Origin: Dictyostelium discoideum
Taxonomy: Eukaryota
Assembly (NCBI GenBank): GCA_000004695.1
Contig: CM000152.2
Location: 960,001-1,024,000, forward strand
Direction: 5' to 3'
DNA length: 64,000 nucleotides
Positions within the stretch are counted from its first letter, which is position 1, and each line of letters opens with the position of its first letter. The translations under genes and the position numbers were made by a program. The notes below the pieces were generated by a model. The model saw nothing but the letters and a program-made list of their open reading frames with translations, had not been told where the DNA came from and made no database searches. Below are positions 30,043 through 40,911 of the stretch, piece after piece.

Positions 30043-32099
30043 TTATAAAGAAATGTTTTCTAATTCTTTGCAGAGGTTTAAATCTGGTGAAATAAAATCA
30101 CTTGTATCATGTGCACCAAAAGATACTCTATGCCATAACTTTCCAAAAAATAAATGGATGTTCTTGGAATGGTAAATGATAACCTTTCCTTTATTATCTT
30201 TAACATGAGATTGTTTTACTTTGAAATTTGTGATTATTATTGGTAAAATATATGCTTCTTTGTAATGATTTTTTAAATTGACACAATTTTCATAAATGTT
30301 TTTTATAGCTTCTTTACCAAGATAGGTATCACAATTTGAAAATTTAGTATAAATAACAACCATTAAATGCTTTTTACCACCACTTAAGTTTGACAATTCA
30401 AAACAAATTCTTATATCGAAGCTTGTTTTTCCATAACCTAATAAATTAACTGAATTGGTATTATTCGAATAAATATGTTCCTTGTTGTCCTCTGTTTTTG
30501 TTAAGCCAAATCTTATTGCATCTTGTGGATCTGTGATTTCTAATTTATCGTTGGATCTAAATATATTCTGAAAATGTTAATAAAATATTCAATATTGAAA
30601 AAAGTGTAATAAAATATGTTTCTGATATCTTACCTATATAACCATTTGGAGGTATGTTGATATAATATAACATTACGTATCTTTACTTCAATAACTGCTA
30701 ACTCATGACTAATATCATTATCCAATGGAAAAAATTTGACTAATTTTGAAATTGTATTATTGCTACTTTCGACAAAGGTGTTGATTTTGTTGAGGATAAG
30801 AATTGCTATATTTTCTTCAAATGGGGTAGATTTAGTATAATCGATTAAAGGGAATTTTGTTAATTTTTCTAAATGTGATATTTTTAATTTTTGTGCAATT
30901 TTATAAAGACCAAAAATTGGTACAAATATGACATTTCCTTCAACCGCTTCGTCATATTGAAGGAATAAGTGGCCAGTGTACGACCAATATTCTATGGTTT
31001 TGTCGCATACTATGGTGCTCCAACTTACTGGTATCCTGCAAATAGAGAGATATAAAATAGTTTCCCAGAATTTATTATCTACTATTTTAACAGATTGAAC
31101 TTTTTTAACCAACTCTATTCCAAGACCACTGATGAAAGATGGAATGTCTATATCGTCTTTTTCAATGTTTTTCATTAATTCTAAATCCAATAACCACTGA
31201 AGGTATCTTGGAATTACACCAAGATCTCTAATAAATATGATAAATAATTTATCTTCTAATATTGTGGTCGTTGGTTTATTCTGGAGTATTGGTATATTAA
31301 ATCTATGTTTGATTATATCTTTACAAGATTCATAGCTTAATGGTGTTAAAGTAATTGATTTATAAGTCCACTGTGAGAGATGAATTTCGTGTTGTAAAAT
31401 TGTTGTGGTACCAGTTAATATTGGAATTATAAAAACATTACTAAGGGAGGCATCAGATTGGTCGGTTCCTTTACATCTATAAAATCCCAACAATTCTATC
31501 ATTTGCTTTATAAAATGTTGATTTTGTGTACAAGCTATTTCGTGTGCCATGGGAAATTCATCCAAGTGGATAAGAATAGAGAGAGTGTTTTTACCTCCAT
31601 GACCATGGTCACGACTATACAACTTAGAAATATAATGCAAAACATTTTTTACAGTAAACAAATGTTTCTCTTCTGTGTATAAATTTAAATTTGATCCAGC
31701 CAATGATGAACCTAAAACTCCTCTGATGAATAATCTTTTTGCGAGAGCCACTTGACAGGTATCTTCTTTTACTTCTTCAATTGAAATTGCATCACCGCCA
31801 CCGTTGAAGTCAATAAATATATACATTAAATTCTTCATTGTTTCTGCTAATTCTTTATTTCTCTTCCATTGATTACTCTTTAAAAAATTCCAACACTCTC
31901 TGCCAAATCTTGTTTTACCAATACCAGAACCAGTTAAACATTGTAAAAAGTAGTGATTTACTCTTTCTTTATCATTTGCAATAAAATAGTTGAACATTTC
32001 AATCAAATAATTTTCGATTTCTTTAAATTGGTTTTCTCTATCTTTTAATGGGAGATCAATACTACTATCAATTGATTTAGTTTCAACCATATTTTGCAT
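30043..32099 (-). CDS. Copy 2, apparently intact: NACHT-like P-loop NTPase with an unassigned C-terminal alpha/beta domain. Exons 30634..32099 and 30043..30556 (minus strand). A B-box-like zinc-finger ORF (32174..32425) lies immediately 5' in the same frame.
   Basis: Walker A FLQCLTGSGIGKTRFG, Walker B LSILIHLDEF, TTR-like motif FIIPILTGTTT (NACHT-type order). 489-aa ORF ends ...KWLY with canonical donor ag|GTAAGA at 30633 (phase 2). Acceptor tttag at 30558-57 joins in frame to RSNDKLEITDPQDAIRFG...KHLMVVIYTKFSNCDTYLGKEAIKNIYENC...WHRVSFGAHD...ISL*. Alternative intron (donor GTAAAG after ...VIE with acceptor ttttcag) is also in frame. Confidence 0.6.
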
Positions 32100-32173
32100 T
32101 AATTTATGTAACTCTTCTAAATCTATAAGTTTTATTAGAGGATTTAAATAATTATTAGTATTTCTAATTAGAA

Positions 32174-32425
32174 TTAATTTTTAATGATGTTAAATGAAAT
32201 ACTTTGAGCTGGCTTTCTTTTTATGAAAAAATTGAATTTAGTTTCTGTAGGTGGAATTGGAGCTTCAATATGTGTTATGGTAGGTAATAAACTAAGCTTG
32301 TGATGAGGGTGATCTATTATGCATTTTTCGCATAATAAAATCTTACACTGTTTACAATATAAAAGTATATCATTTTCTATAAATTGACAATTATGTTTAT
32401 ATGTACTTATATCATCATTTAACAT
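32174..32425 (-). CDS. B-box-like Cys/His zinc-finger ORF (83 aa). Probable N-terminal module of copy 2, separated from the NTPase ORF by two in-frame stop codons.
   Basis: HNCQFIENDILLYCKQCKILLCEKCIIDHPHHK (C-x10-C-x2-C-x4-C-x2-C-x5-HH). Same reading frame as the NTPase ORF that starts 75 nt downstream; only taa-ttc-taa intervenes. Confidence 0.45.
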   Translation of the reverse strand: MLNDDISTYKHNCQFIENDILLYCKQCKILLCEKCIIDHPHHKLSLLPTITHIEAPIPPTETKFNFFIKRKPAQSISFNIIKN

Positions 32426-32835
32426 TTTATTTGAAAAAAAAAAAAAAAAGAGTGTACTATAAAATAAAAAAATGGGTGTGATATAAAATTTATAGTTTTT
32501 CTGAATAAAAGAAAAAAAAAAAAAAAAAAAATAGTAAATTTTATGTCTTTTTTTTTTTTTTTTTTTTTACTTTTTTTGGGTTTTTTTTTTTTTTTTTTTT
32601 TTTTGGAGGGGAATTATTTTTGAAAAACCAGTTTTAAATGATAATAAAACTATTTATTCATCAAATCTTTCTATAAATCCAAATTAAAACTTTTTTAGTT
32701 TGTTCTTTAAAATCTAATGGTACTTCCATAACAGTTCTAGATATACCAACAAATCTTCTTCTCTTTCTAAAATTAATCCAATCACCTAATAAAATTCCCT
32801 CCAAATTTACAAATTCACCATATGGAAATGAAAAT

Positions 32836-33474
32836 GTTATTAAAACAAGTCATAATTTAATGGACGATTTGGATTATCTTTTAAAATTAATAATGTGGAT
32901 TTATTCTTTTCAATTGGATGTCATCATAACTCTATGATAATTATTTTCTTTTGTTTTAATTAATTTATTTCCAAATATTGGTAGTTGGTTTGATTAAAAA
33001 ATAAGAATCAAATTCATAATGTAAACCATATAAAAATGACCAAATATTAAATAAACAAAATAATTTCTTTCAACAACACCAATTAATTCTACCATTTTCA
33101 TTTTCATTTTCATTTTGAATTGTTGATGTTAAATTTTGTATTGGTGGTGTTGAATACATAATATTTGTTTGTTTTAGTTTTGATTTTAAAGGTGGTGAAT
33201 GTTTTTAAATAAAAAATGTTTTGTTGTTTCATTTAATTGATGTTTCTTCTTAAGATGTACCACCAGTTTGGTTGGAATATGAATAAAAAAAGGTTTTCTA
33301 ATATTAGAAAATCGATTTAAAGTTTTATTATTTTCCCAATTATTATTATTAATAGTATTTTTAATATATATAAATGTTATGAAAAACATTATCAATTTCA
33401 TATAAAAATACAAGTTTATTTATTATTTGTAACAAATCATCATCTCCATATTTGTGTTTAAATATATGAACAAA

Positions 33475-33510
<36 letters not shown>

Positions 33511-33619
33511 ATTTACTAATTTTTAAGTAAAATACAGTTTATACTATTTGTTATTTGTTATTTATTAATTGAGCATTTTCTAAAATTACTCGAGAGTTTT
33601 TAAAATATAAATAAATATT
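32836..33619. repeat. Shared flank element, copy B. Carries a 93-bp insertion (33091..33183) identical to 6891..6983.
   Basis: Aligns with 29337..30042 except for the inserted block accattttcattttcattttcattttgaattgttgatg...gttttagttttga. Confidence 0.6.
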
Positions 33620-34975
33620 TTATAAAGAAATGTTTTCTAATCCTTTATAGAGATTTAAATCTGGTGAAATAAAATCACCTATATCATGTGCGCCAAATGA
33701 TACTCTATGCCATAACTTTCCAAAAAATAAATGGATGTTATTGGAATGGTAAATGATAAGTTTACCTTTAAAATCTTCAAGATGAGATGGATTTACTTTG
33801 AGATTAGTGATTATTATTGGTAAAATATATGCTTCCTTGTAATGCTTTTCTAAATTAATACAATTTTCATAAATGTTTTCTATAGCTTCTTTACCAAGAT
33901 AGGAACCACATGATGAAAATTTAGTATTAATAACAACCATTTTATACTTTTTACCAATATGATCATTTGGCAATTCGAAACAAATTCTTATATCGAAGTT
34001 TGTATTTCCACTAGCTAATAAATTAACCGGTTTGATGTTATTCGAAGAAATATATACGGTGTTAGCTTCAGTTTTTGCTGAGCCAAATTTTATTGCCTTT
34101 TGTGAATCTGAGATTTCAAATTTATCGTTGGATCTAAATACATTCTGAAAATGTTAATAAAATTTTCAATACTATAAAAAAGTATAATAAAATATGTTTC
34201 TGATATCTTACCTATATAACCATTTGGAGGTATGTTGATATAATATAACATTACCTATCTTTACTTCGATAAGTGCTAATTCATGACTAATGTCATTATC
34301 CAATGGAAAAAATTTGAAATTGTATTATTGCTACTTTCGACAAAGGTGTTGATTTTGTTGAGGATAAGAATTGCTGTATTTTCTTCAAATGGAGTAGATT
34401 TAGTATAATCGATTAAAGGGAATTTTGTTAATTTTTCTAAATGTGATATTTTTAATTTTTGTGCAATTTTATAAAGACCAAAAATTGGTACAAATATGAC
34501 ATTTCCTTCAACCGCTTCGTCATATTGAAGGAATAAGTGGCCAGTGTACGACCAATATTCTATGGTTTTGTCGCATACTATGGTGCTCCAACTTACTGGT
34601 ATCCTGCAAATAGAGAGATATAAAATAGTTTCCCAGAATTTATTATCTACTATTTTAACAGATTGAACTTTTTTAACCAACTCTATTCCAAGACCACTGA
34701 TGAAAGATGGAATGTCTATATCGTCTTTTTCAATGTTTTTCATTAATTCTAAATCCAATAACCACTCAAGGTATCTTGGAATTACACCAAGATCTCTAAT
34801 AAATATGATAAATAATTTATCTTCTAATATTGTGGTGGTTGGTTTATTCTGGAGTATTGGTATTAAATCTATGCTTGATAATTTATTTACAAGATTCATA
34901 GCTTAATGGTGTTAAAGTAATTGATTTATAAGTCCACTGTGAGAGATGAATTTCTTGTTGTAAAATTGTTAGGAT
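33620..34975 (-). pseudogene. Copy 3, 5'-truncated and frameshifted: C-terminal-domain exon 33620..34133 plus NTPase 3' part 34213..about 34975. It lacks the P-loop half.
   Basis: NTPase ORF 34276..34899 is about 99% identical to residues about 270-489 of copy 2. A 10-bp deletion near 34318 (relative to 30738 in copy 2) shifts the frame. Homology ends abruptly near 34975 (the corresponding point in copy 2 is about 31400). Intron signals GTAAGA and tttag are conserved. Confidence 0.6.
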
Positions 34976-35254
34976 CTAGCGATTTTTTTTTTTTTTTATT
35001 TTTTTTTTTTATTTTTTTTTCTTTATTTATTTATTATTTTTAATTTTTTTTTTTTATTATCATTATTATTTTTATTTTTATTATTATTATTATGGTATAA
35101 TGATTTAACAAATTTTTTTATTTTTTATTTTTATTTTTTTTTATTATATATTAATATTTATATTATTTTTATTATTTTTTTTTTTTATTTTTTATTTTTT
35201 ATTTTTTTTTAATTTCAAAATTTTTTTAAAAAACGAATAAATGAAAATTATAAT

Positions 35255-36064
35255 ATGATAACCTCATATGTATTCTCGAGAATTATAATAAAAGGAAATA
35301 CAAGTAAAATTGTAAATTCTTTTTTATTTTCAAATAAATGTAATAATAATAATAATAATAGTTTTTTGAATAATGAAAATAAAAGTAATAGTTTTATTGG
35401 AAAATTTCTTTATCAGACGAAATCATTTTACACAACAAATAAAGACGATAATGAAAAAGTAAAAAGTAAAATAAAGAAATCAAAAAAATTAAATAACATA
35501 AATGGTACTAGTATAAAAGATGAAGAAAAAAAGAAATTAAAAGGTGCTAAAATAAAAAATCAATTTGAATCTCAATTTACTGATCCAACCATTTTCAATG
35601 AATGTAGTAATAATAATAATAATGATGATGACAATGATGAAGCAGGATATCAATTTATTACAGTTCCAACTAAATTTAAAGAGTATAATAGCAATGAAGA
35701 AGAAAATGGTGGAATAAAAGAAGATGAAGGAAAAGAAGAAGAAGATGATGAAAAAGAAGTTACTGATATTAAAGATTTAAAGAAACCTATTCCACCAACA
35801 AATTTATGTTGTGGTAGTGGTTGTGGTTCATCTTGTGTTTGGGAAGTTTATTTCAATGAAATGGATGAATATAATAAAAAATTAAAAAAAATAGATCCAA
35901 ATGCAAAAGAGTTACCACCCGATACTTCTGATGATAATGAAGATCCTATGCAATATTTCTTAAAGATGGAAAGATATAATTCAATGCTACAAAATAAGAG
36001 AGAAGAAAAACAAGAAAAAGAAAGAGAAAAAGAAAGAGAAAAAGAAAGAGGAAAAAATAATTAA
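35255..36064 (+). CDS. Oxidoreductase-like-domain protein (OXLD1-like), single exon, acidic/K-rich.
   Basis: Diagnostic motif PIPPTNLCCGSGCGSSCVWEVYF (P..P..CCGSGC..CVW..Y), as I recall the OXLD1 domain. Confidence 0.55.
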   Translation: MITSYVFSRIIIKGNTSKIVNSFLFSNKCNNNNNNSFLNNENKSNSFIGKFLYQTKSFYTTNKDDNEKVKSKIKKSKKLNNINGTSIKDEEKKKLKGAKIKNQFESQFTDPTIFNECSNNNNNDDDNDEAGYQFITVPTKFKEYNSNEEENGGIKEDEGKEEEDDEKEVTDIKDLKKPIPPTNLCCGSGCGSSCVWEVYFNEMDEYNKKLKKIDPNAKELPPDTSDDNEDPMQYFLKMERYNSMLQNKREEKQEKEREKEREKERGKNN

Positions 36065-36508
36065 TAAAGATGACAAATAAAACTAAATATAATATAAACC
36101 CCCATATAAATTAAATTGTGTAAAACATCACCACTATTTTTTATTTTATTTTATTTTTTATTTTTATTTTTAAATTTATCCAAAAATCTTTAATTACTTG
36201 GTATAAATCATTTTTATCCAAAAGTATTGAAATTGTAATTTTTTTTTTTTTCTTTTTTTTTTTATAATATTATGTACTTTATTCTAAAAACACCATTTAA
36301 ATACTAATTTAGTAATGAAATAGCGTCATGTGTTTCTTAAAACAAAAAATAAAAATAAAAAATAAATTAAAATTAAAAAATTAAAAAATTTAATTTTTTT
36401 TCATTTTGGTATTTTTTTTTTTTTTTTTTTTACAATTGTCAAATCTCTTTTTTTTTTTTTATAAACTATAATTTTAACAAATCAAATTAATTAAATAGAT
36501 CAAATAAA

Positions 36509-37466
36509 ATGACAGTGGATGTAAAAAAAGTAATAAATCATAAGATTAAACCAATCGAATATAATCTTACAAGAAAAGATGTTGCATTGTATGCAATTAG
36601 TTTAGGATGTGGTAAAAAACATTTAAAATTTGTTTATGAAGGTTCAGATAATTTCTCTGCTTTACCAACATTGGGTGTTATATTTCCTGGCCAAATGATT
36701 GTTGTAAGTTATTACTATTATTTATTATTTATTATTATTTATTATTTATTATTTATTAATTATTAATTATAAATTAAAAATAGGATGTAATTTCAGAAGG
36801 TATTGATGGAATAGAATTTGATCCAATGATGTTATTACATGGTGAACAAGAATTAGAGATTTTAAATGAGATACCAGTTGAAGGAGTATTTGTAACAGAA
36901 TCAAAGATTACCAATCTCTATGATAAAGGTAAAGGAGCATTATTGATATTACAATGTATTACCTCTGAAAAGTCAAGTGGTAAACCAATATTCAAGAATA
37001 TATTTTCATTCTTTATTAGAGGTATTGGTGGTTTTGGTGGTGATCGTGGTCCAAATGAAAAACCAATTCAAATTCCAAAAGATAGAGCACCAGATGCAAT
37101 CAGTAAACAAGCCACCTCTGAAGATCAAGCTGTCATTTATCGTTTGGCTGGTGGTGATTTAAATCCATTACATATCGATCCAGAAATGAGTAAAATCGGT
37201 GGTTTTGAAGTACCAATTTTACATGGTCTTTGTACTTATGGTATTGCTTCAAGAGGTGTTTTAGAACACTTTTGTGATAATGATCCAAGTAGATTAAAAT
37301 CAATTAAAACTAGATTCACTAAACATGTTTATCCTGGTGAAACTATTGAAACTGAAATGTGGAAAATCAATCCAACAACAATCTTATTCCAATCTAAAAC
37401 AAATAGAGATGGTAGTTATGTTTTAAGTTCTGGTGTTGCTATAATTGAACCAATTAAAAAAGGTTC

Positions 37467-37473
<7 letters not shown>
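36509..37473 (+). CDS. mfeB: MaoC-like (R)-specific enoyl-CoA hydratase 2, the standalone hydratase module of peroxisomal MFE-2. Exons 36509..36703 and 36784..37473.
   Basis: Hot-dog hydratase-2 motifs: LLHGEQELEI, AVIYRLAGGDLNPLHIDPEMSKIGGFEVPILHGLCTYG. Intron is GTAAGT...aaaaatag, phase 0. C-terminus ...KKGSL is PTS1-like. The symbol mfeB is a tentative recollection of the Dictyostelium hydratase-2-only gene. Confidence 0.65.
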
Positions 37474-37509
<36 letters not shown>

Positions 37510-37977
37510 AAAAAATAATAATAATAATAATAAAATTTTAAAGTGTAATAATAATTAATAATTAATAATTATAATTATTGATATGTATAAACTCTTTTTT
37601 ATTTTTTTTTTTATTTTTTATTTTTTTTTTTTTTCATACAGATATTAATATCTTAAAATCAAACACATAAAAAAAAAAAAAAAAAAATGAAAAATTAACT
37701 ATTTTCGACAATTAATAATTAAATCTGGCCTCTTTTTTTTTAAAAAATATTAGCCCCCAATTGAAATTGTCAAATTTAATTAATAATATTTTGATATTCC
37801 ATTTATAGGAATGTAATAACAATTAATTTTAAATTTGTTAAAAATGATGATTGGAAAAATAAGAAATAAAAAAAACTATAAAAAAAAAACTATAAAAACA
37901 AAGAAAAAAAAAAAAAAATATTCATTCATTCATTAAATAATAAAAGAAAAAAAAAAAAAAAAAAAAAGATAATTAAA

Positions 37978-38583
37978 ATGAAATTAATATTTTTGGTTTT
38001 AGGTTTAATTTTAACCTTAGGTTTAGCATCTGCTCATCATAGAAATAGACATTCTCATGGTAATTATGATAATAATAATTATAATAATTATCATAATGGT
38101 GGTGAAATTGAAGTTCAAGAAGTTGCTGTTGAAAGTCAAATTGTTGTTGAAGATTATTCATATCATCCATATCAATGCGGTCCATACAATAGATGTAAAT
38201 TAGGTGAAGTTTGTCAAAGAATTGGTGACCATTGTCAATGTTTACCAATTCCATCATACAAGGATATTTGTTTATCTGTAAAGCAAATTGGTGTATGGCA
38301 AGATGGTCAGCGTGGAGGTAAAACCTATTCACAATGGGATATCACAATTGAAAATCATAGTAATAAAAATATTAGAGAAATTTTCATTGGGACTGATTAT
38401 ACTTTTAGATTACGTGATAATTCTTTAAATTCTCTTTGGAATATGGTTATGTTACCAAAAGGAATACTTGCTTTACCATCCGTTCAAAACTCAATTAATG
38501 CTCATGCATCTTATACTTTTGGTTTTATTATTGACGGTCCTCAATCACCAAATCTTCATATTTTAAGTGTATTATTCCAATAA
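37978..38583 (+). CDS. Secreted protein with signal peptide, His/Asn-rich linker, Cys-knot-like segment and a C-terminal beta-rich domain that may bind carbohydrate (CBM49-like).
   Basis: MKLIFLVLGLILTLGLASA signal. Cys pattern CGPYNRCKLGEVCQRIGDHCQC. C-terminal W/Y-rich block WQDGQRGGKTYSQWDITIENHS.... The domain call is tentative. Confidence 0.5.
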   Translation: MKLIFLVLGLILTLGLASAHHRNRHSHGNYDNNNYNNYHNGGEIEVQEVAVESQIVVEDYSYHPYQCGPYNRCKLGEVCQRIGDHCQCLPIPSYKDICLSVKQIGVWQDGQRGGKTYSQWDITIENHSNKNIREIFIGTDYTFRLRDNSLNSLWNMVMLPKGILALPSVQNSINAHASYTFGFIIDGPQSPNLHILSVLFQ

Positions 38584-39217
38584 TTAAAAAATTAAAATAA
38601 TAATAATTCAATTTTTGTTATTTTTTAAAAAAAAAAAAAAAAAATTTTAAATTTATTTAAATAAATTATATATTTCTTTATCCCTGTTTTCAAAATTTTT
38701 AAATTTTTTTTTAATTAACCTTTTTTTTTATTCGTTTAAATTTAAATTTACAACACATTAAAAAACTTGGATATTTCTTTTTTTAATATATTTTTATAGA
38801 GATATTTACAATTATTTTTATCTGGATTATATATCTGCTCACTTCATATCTAATTTGGAAAGAAAATTTTAATTTGTAATAATTTACATCTACTAAAAAT
38901 TTGTATACATATATTTTATAATTTCAACACAAACCCCATAATAATTTGAATTTCGGGGTAATTTTTTTATTTTTTATCAAAAAGTGTGAAATTTGGGGTA
39001 TGAATTGAAAATTAAATTTAATTTATAACTTTTAAATTAAATTAAATTAAATTAATAACCTATAAAAAAAAAATAAAATAAAAAAAAAGAGTATAAATAA
39101 AAATAATTCCGATTTTTTAAAATTAAAAAAAAAAAAAAAAAAAAAAGTTTTATTATTAAAAAAAATAAAAGTTGTTTAGAAAAGTAAAAAAAAAAATATC
39201 ATCAAAAAATTTAAAAA

Positions 39218-39415
39218 ATGAAATCAATTCTCTCAATTTTATTTGCATTATTATTAATTGTTGCTGTTTCAATGGGTAATAATTTAGAAAATGAAGAATT
39301 TTACAACATGGAAATTGCTGATGCTGTTTATCCACTATGTAAAAACGGAAAATGTCCAAAAGGTTCTATTTGTATTGACGTCAGAGATACAAAAATATGT
39401 TTCCCAAATCAATAA
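39218..39415 (+). CDS. Small secreted cysteine-rich peptide (65 aa), paralogue of the N-terminal part of 40143..40757.
   Basis: Signal MKSILSILFALLLIVAVSMG, then CKNGKCPKGSICIDVRDTKICFPNQ. Shares the motif C-K-x-G-K-C-x(3-5)-C-I-x-[VL]-R-D-x-K-I-C-F-P with the next gene. Confidence 0.5.
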   Translation: MKSILSILFALLLIVAVSMGNNLENEEFYNMEIADAVYPLCKNGKCPKGSICIDVRDTKICFPNQ

Positions 39416-39600
39416 TTTTTAAAAAAAAACTATATTTTTTAATAAAACTAGTTTATTTAAAAAAAAAAAAAAGTTAATAGTTTAAATTTTATTTTATTTT
39501 AATTTATATAAAATGAGAAAATATTTCTTTTAAAATACTCTAATATTTTTTTAATATACAATTAATTAATTATTGTTAGATAAAAAATATTTAATAATTA

Positions 39601-39643
<43 letters not shown>

Positions 39644-39924
39644 TATCACTTTGTTTTTATCATTCCAAAAAAAAAAATTTAATATGGAACCACACAATTG
39701 TAAATACACCACCCAAAAAGAACAGAAATAGTTATTATTTATTTCAATGTGTGAGTATTAAATTTTTGAATATTATTTGTTTTTATTTTTTTTTTTTTTT
39801 TTTTGGTGTGTGATTGTTGAAGTGGTGGTTGTTGTAAATACAAAAAATATTTGTAAAATAAATATTCAATTTATTCGCACTCATATTTCATATTGCGATA
39901 ACTTATTTTTTTTATTTAATAAAA

Positions 39925-39961
<37 letters not shown>

Positions 39962-40142
39962 AATTATAATTTTTTTTTTTTTTATTTTTTTTTTTTTTTT
40001 TATATATAATTTTTTTTTTTTTTTATAAATTATTGATATATATAATTAATACATTTATCATTTATAATTTTTTTTTTTGTTTATTTGTTTATTTTTTATT
40101 TTAACCACATTATATTATTATAATAATTATTTAAAAGAAAAA

Positions 40143-40757
40143 ATGAGAATTTTATATTCTTTGATTGCAATTTTATTAATAATTTCAGTTTCAATGGGAA
40201 ATGTTCAAGAAACTGAAGGAATTTATTCAAAATGTGTCAAGGGTAAATGTAAAACAAATGAAGTGTGTATTGGTCTAAGAGATGATAAGATTTGTTTCCC
40301 AAAGAGTTCAGTTGAAGCTCAACGTCATTTGGAAGCCAATAAAAAAGCTGAATCTAAACCAGCTTCTAAACCAGCAGGTAAACCAGTTTCAAGAGCTGCA
40401 AAACCATCTCAAAAAACAGCTGCCCAAAAACAAGCTGCCGCTAAACAAGCTGCTGCCAAAAAAGCTGCCGCCAAACATGATGCTGCCAAACACGATGCTG
40501 CCAAACACGATGCCGTTAAACAAGGTGCTGCTAAACAAGGTGCTGCTAAACAAAGTGGAAAAAATGCAGCCAAACCACATCAAGAAGTAAAACCAGTTCC
40601 AAGAGCTGCAAAGCCAGCTGTCCATAAACCAGCACAAAAAGTAACTAAACCAGAACCAAAACAAGCCAAACCAGTACCAAGACAAGCCAAACCTTTACCA
40701 AAACAAGCTGTAAAACCACAACAAAAAGTTAATCAAAAGGCTTCTCAAAAACACTAA
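40143..40757 (+). CDS. Secreted protein with an N-terminal Cys-motif peptide like 39218, followed by a 150-aa Ala/Lys/Pro-rich basic tail (AAKxxAAK repeats, histone H1-like composition).
   Basis: MRILYSLIAILLIISVSMG signal, then CVKGKCKTNEVCIGLRDDKICFPK, then KPASKPAGKPVSRAAKPSQKTAAQKQAAAKQAAAKKAAAKHDAAKHDAAKHD.... The track ORF starts earlier at 40077 but the ATG at 40143 gives a proper signal peptide. Confidence 0.55.
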   Translation: MRILYSLIAILLIISVSMGNVQETEGIYSKCVKGKCKTNEVCIGLRDDKICFPKSSVEAQRHLEANKKAESKPASKPAGKPVSRAAKPSQKTAAQKQAAAKQAAAKKAAAKHDAAKHDAAKHDAVKQGAAKQGAAKQSGKNAAKPHQEVKPVPRAAKPAVHKPAQKVTKPEPKQAKPVPRQAKPLPKQAVKPQQKVNQKASQKH

Positions 40758-40911
40758 ATATTTAACATTAAGTTAATACTTCTATTTGAAAACATATTAA
40801 TAAATAAAAAAAAAAAAATAAAAAAAAAAAAATAGATTATTACATTTTAAATATATACACTAAAAATTTTATTTTTATTTTTATTTTTAATAATAATATG
40901 ATAAATTGAAT

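Noticed and set aside
40282-40685. ORFs 40282..40590 (+) and 40389..40685 (-) overlapping the Ala/Lys-rich gene.
   Set aside because: These are alternative-frame or antisense readings of the GC-richer AAKxxAAK repeat region. The frame with the signal peptide and Cys motif is the credible one.
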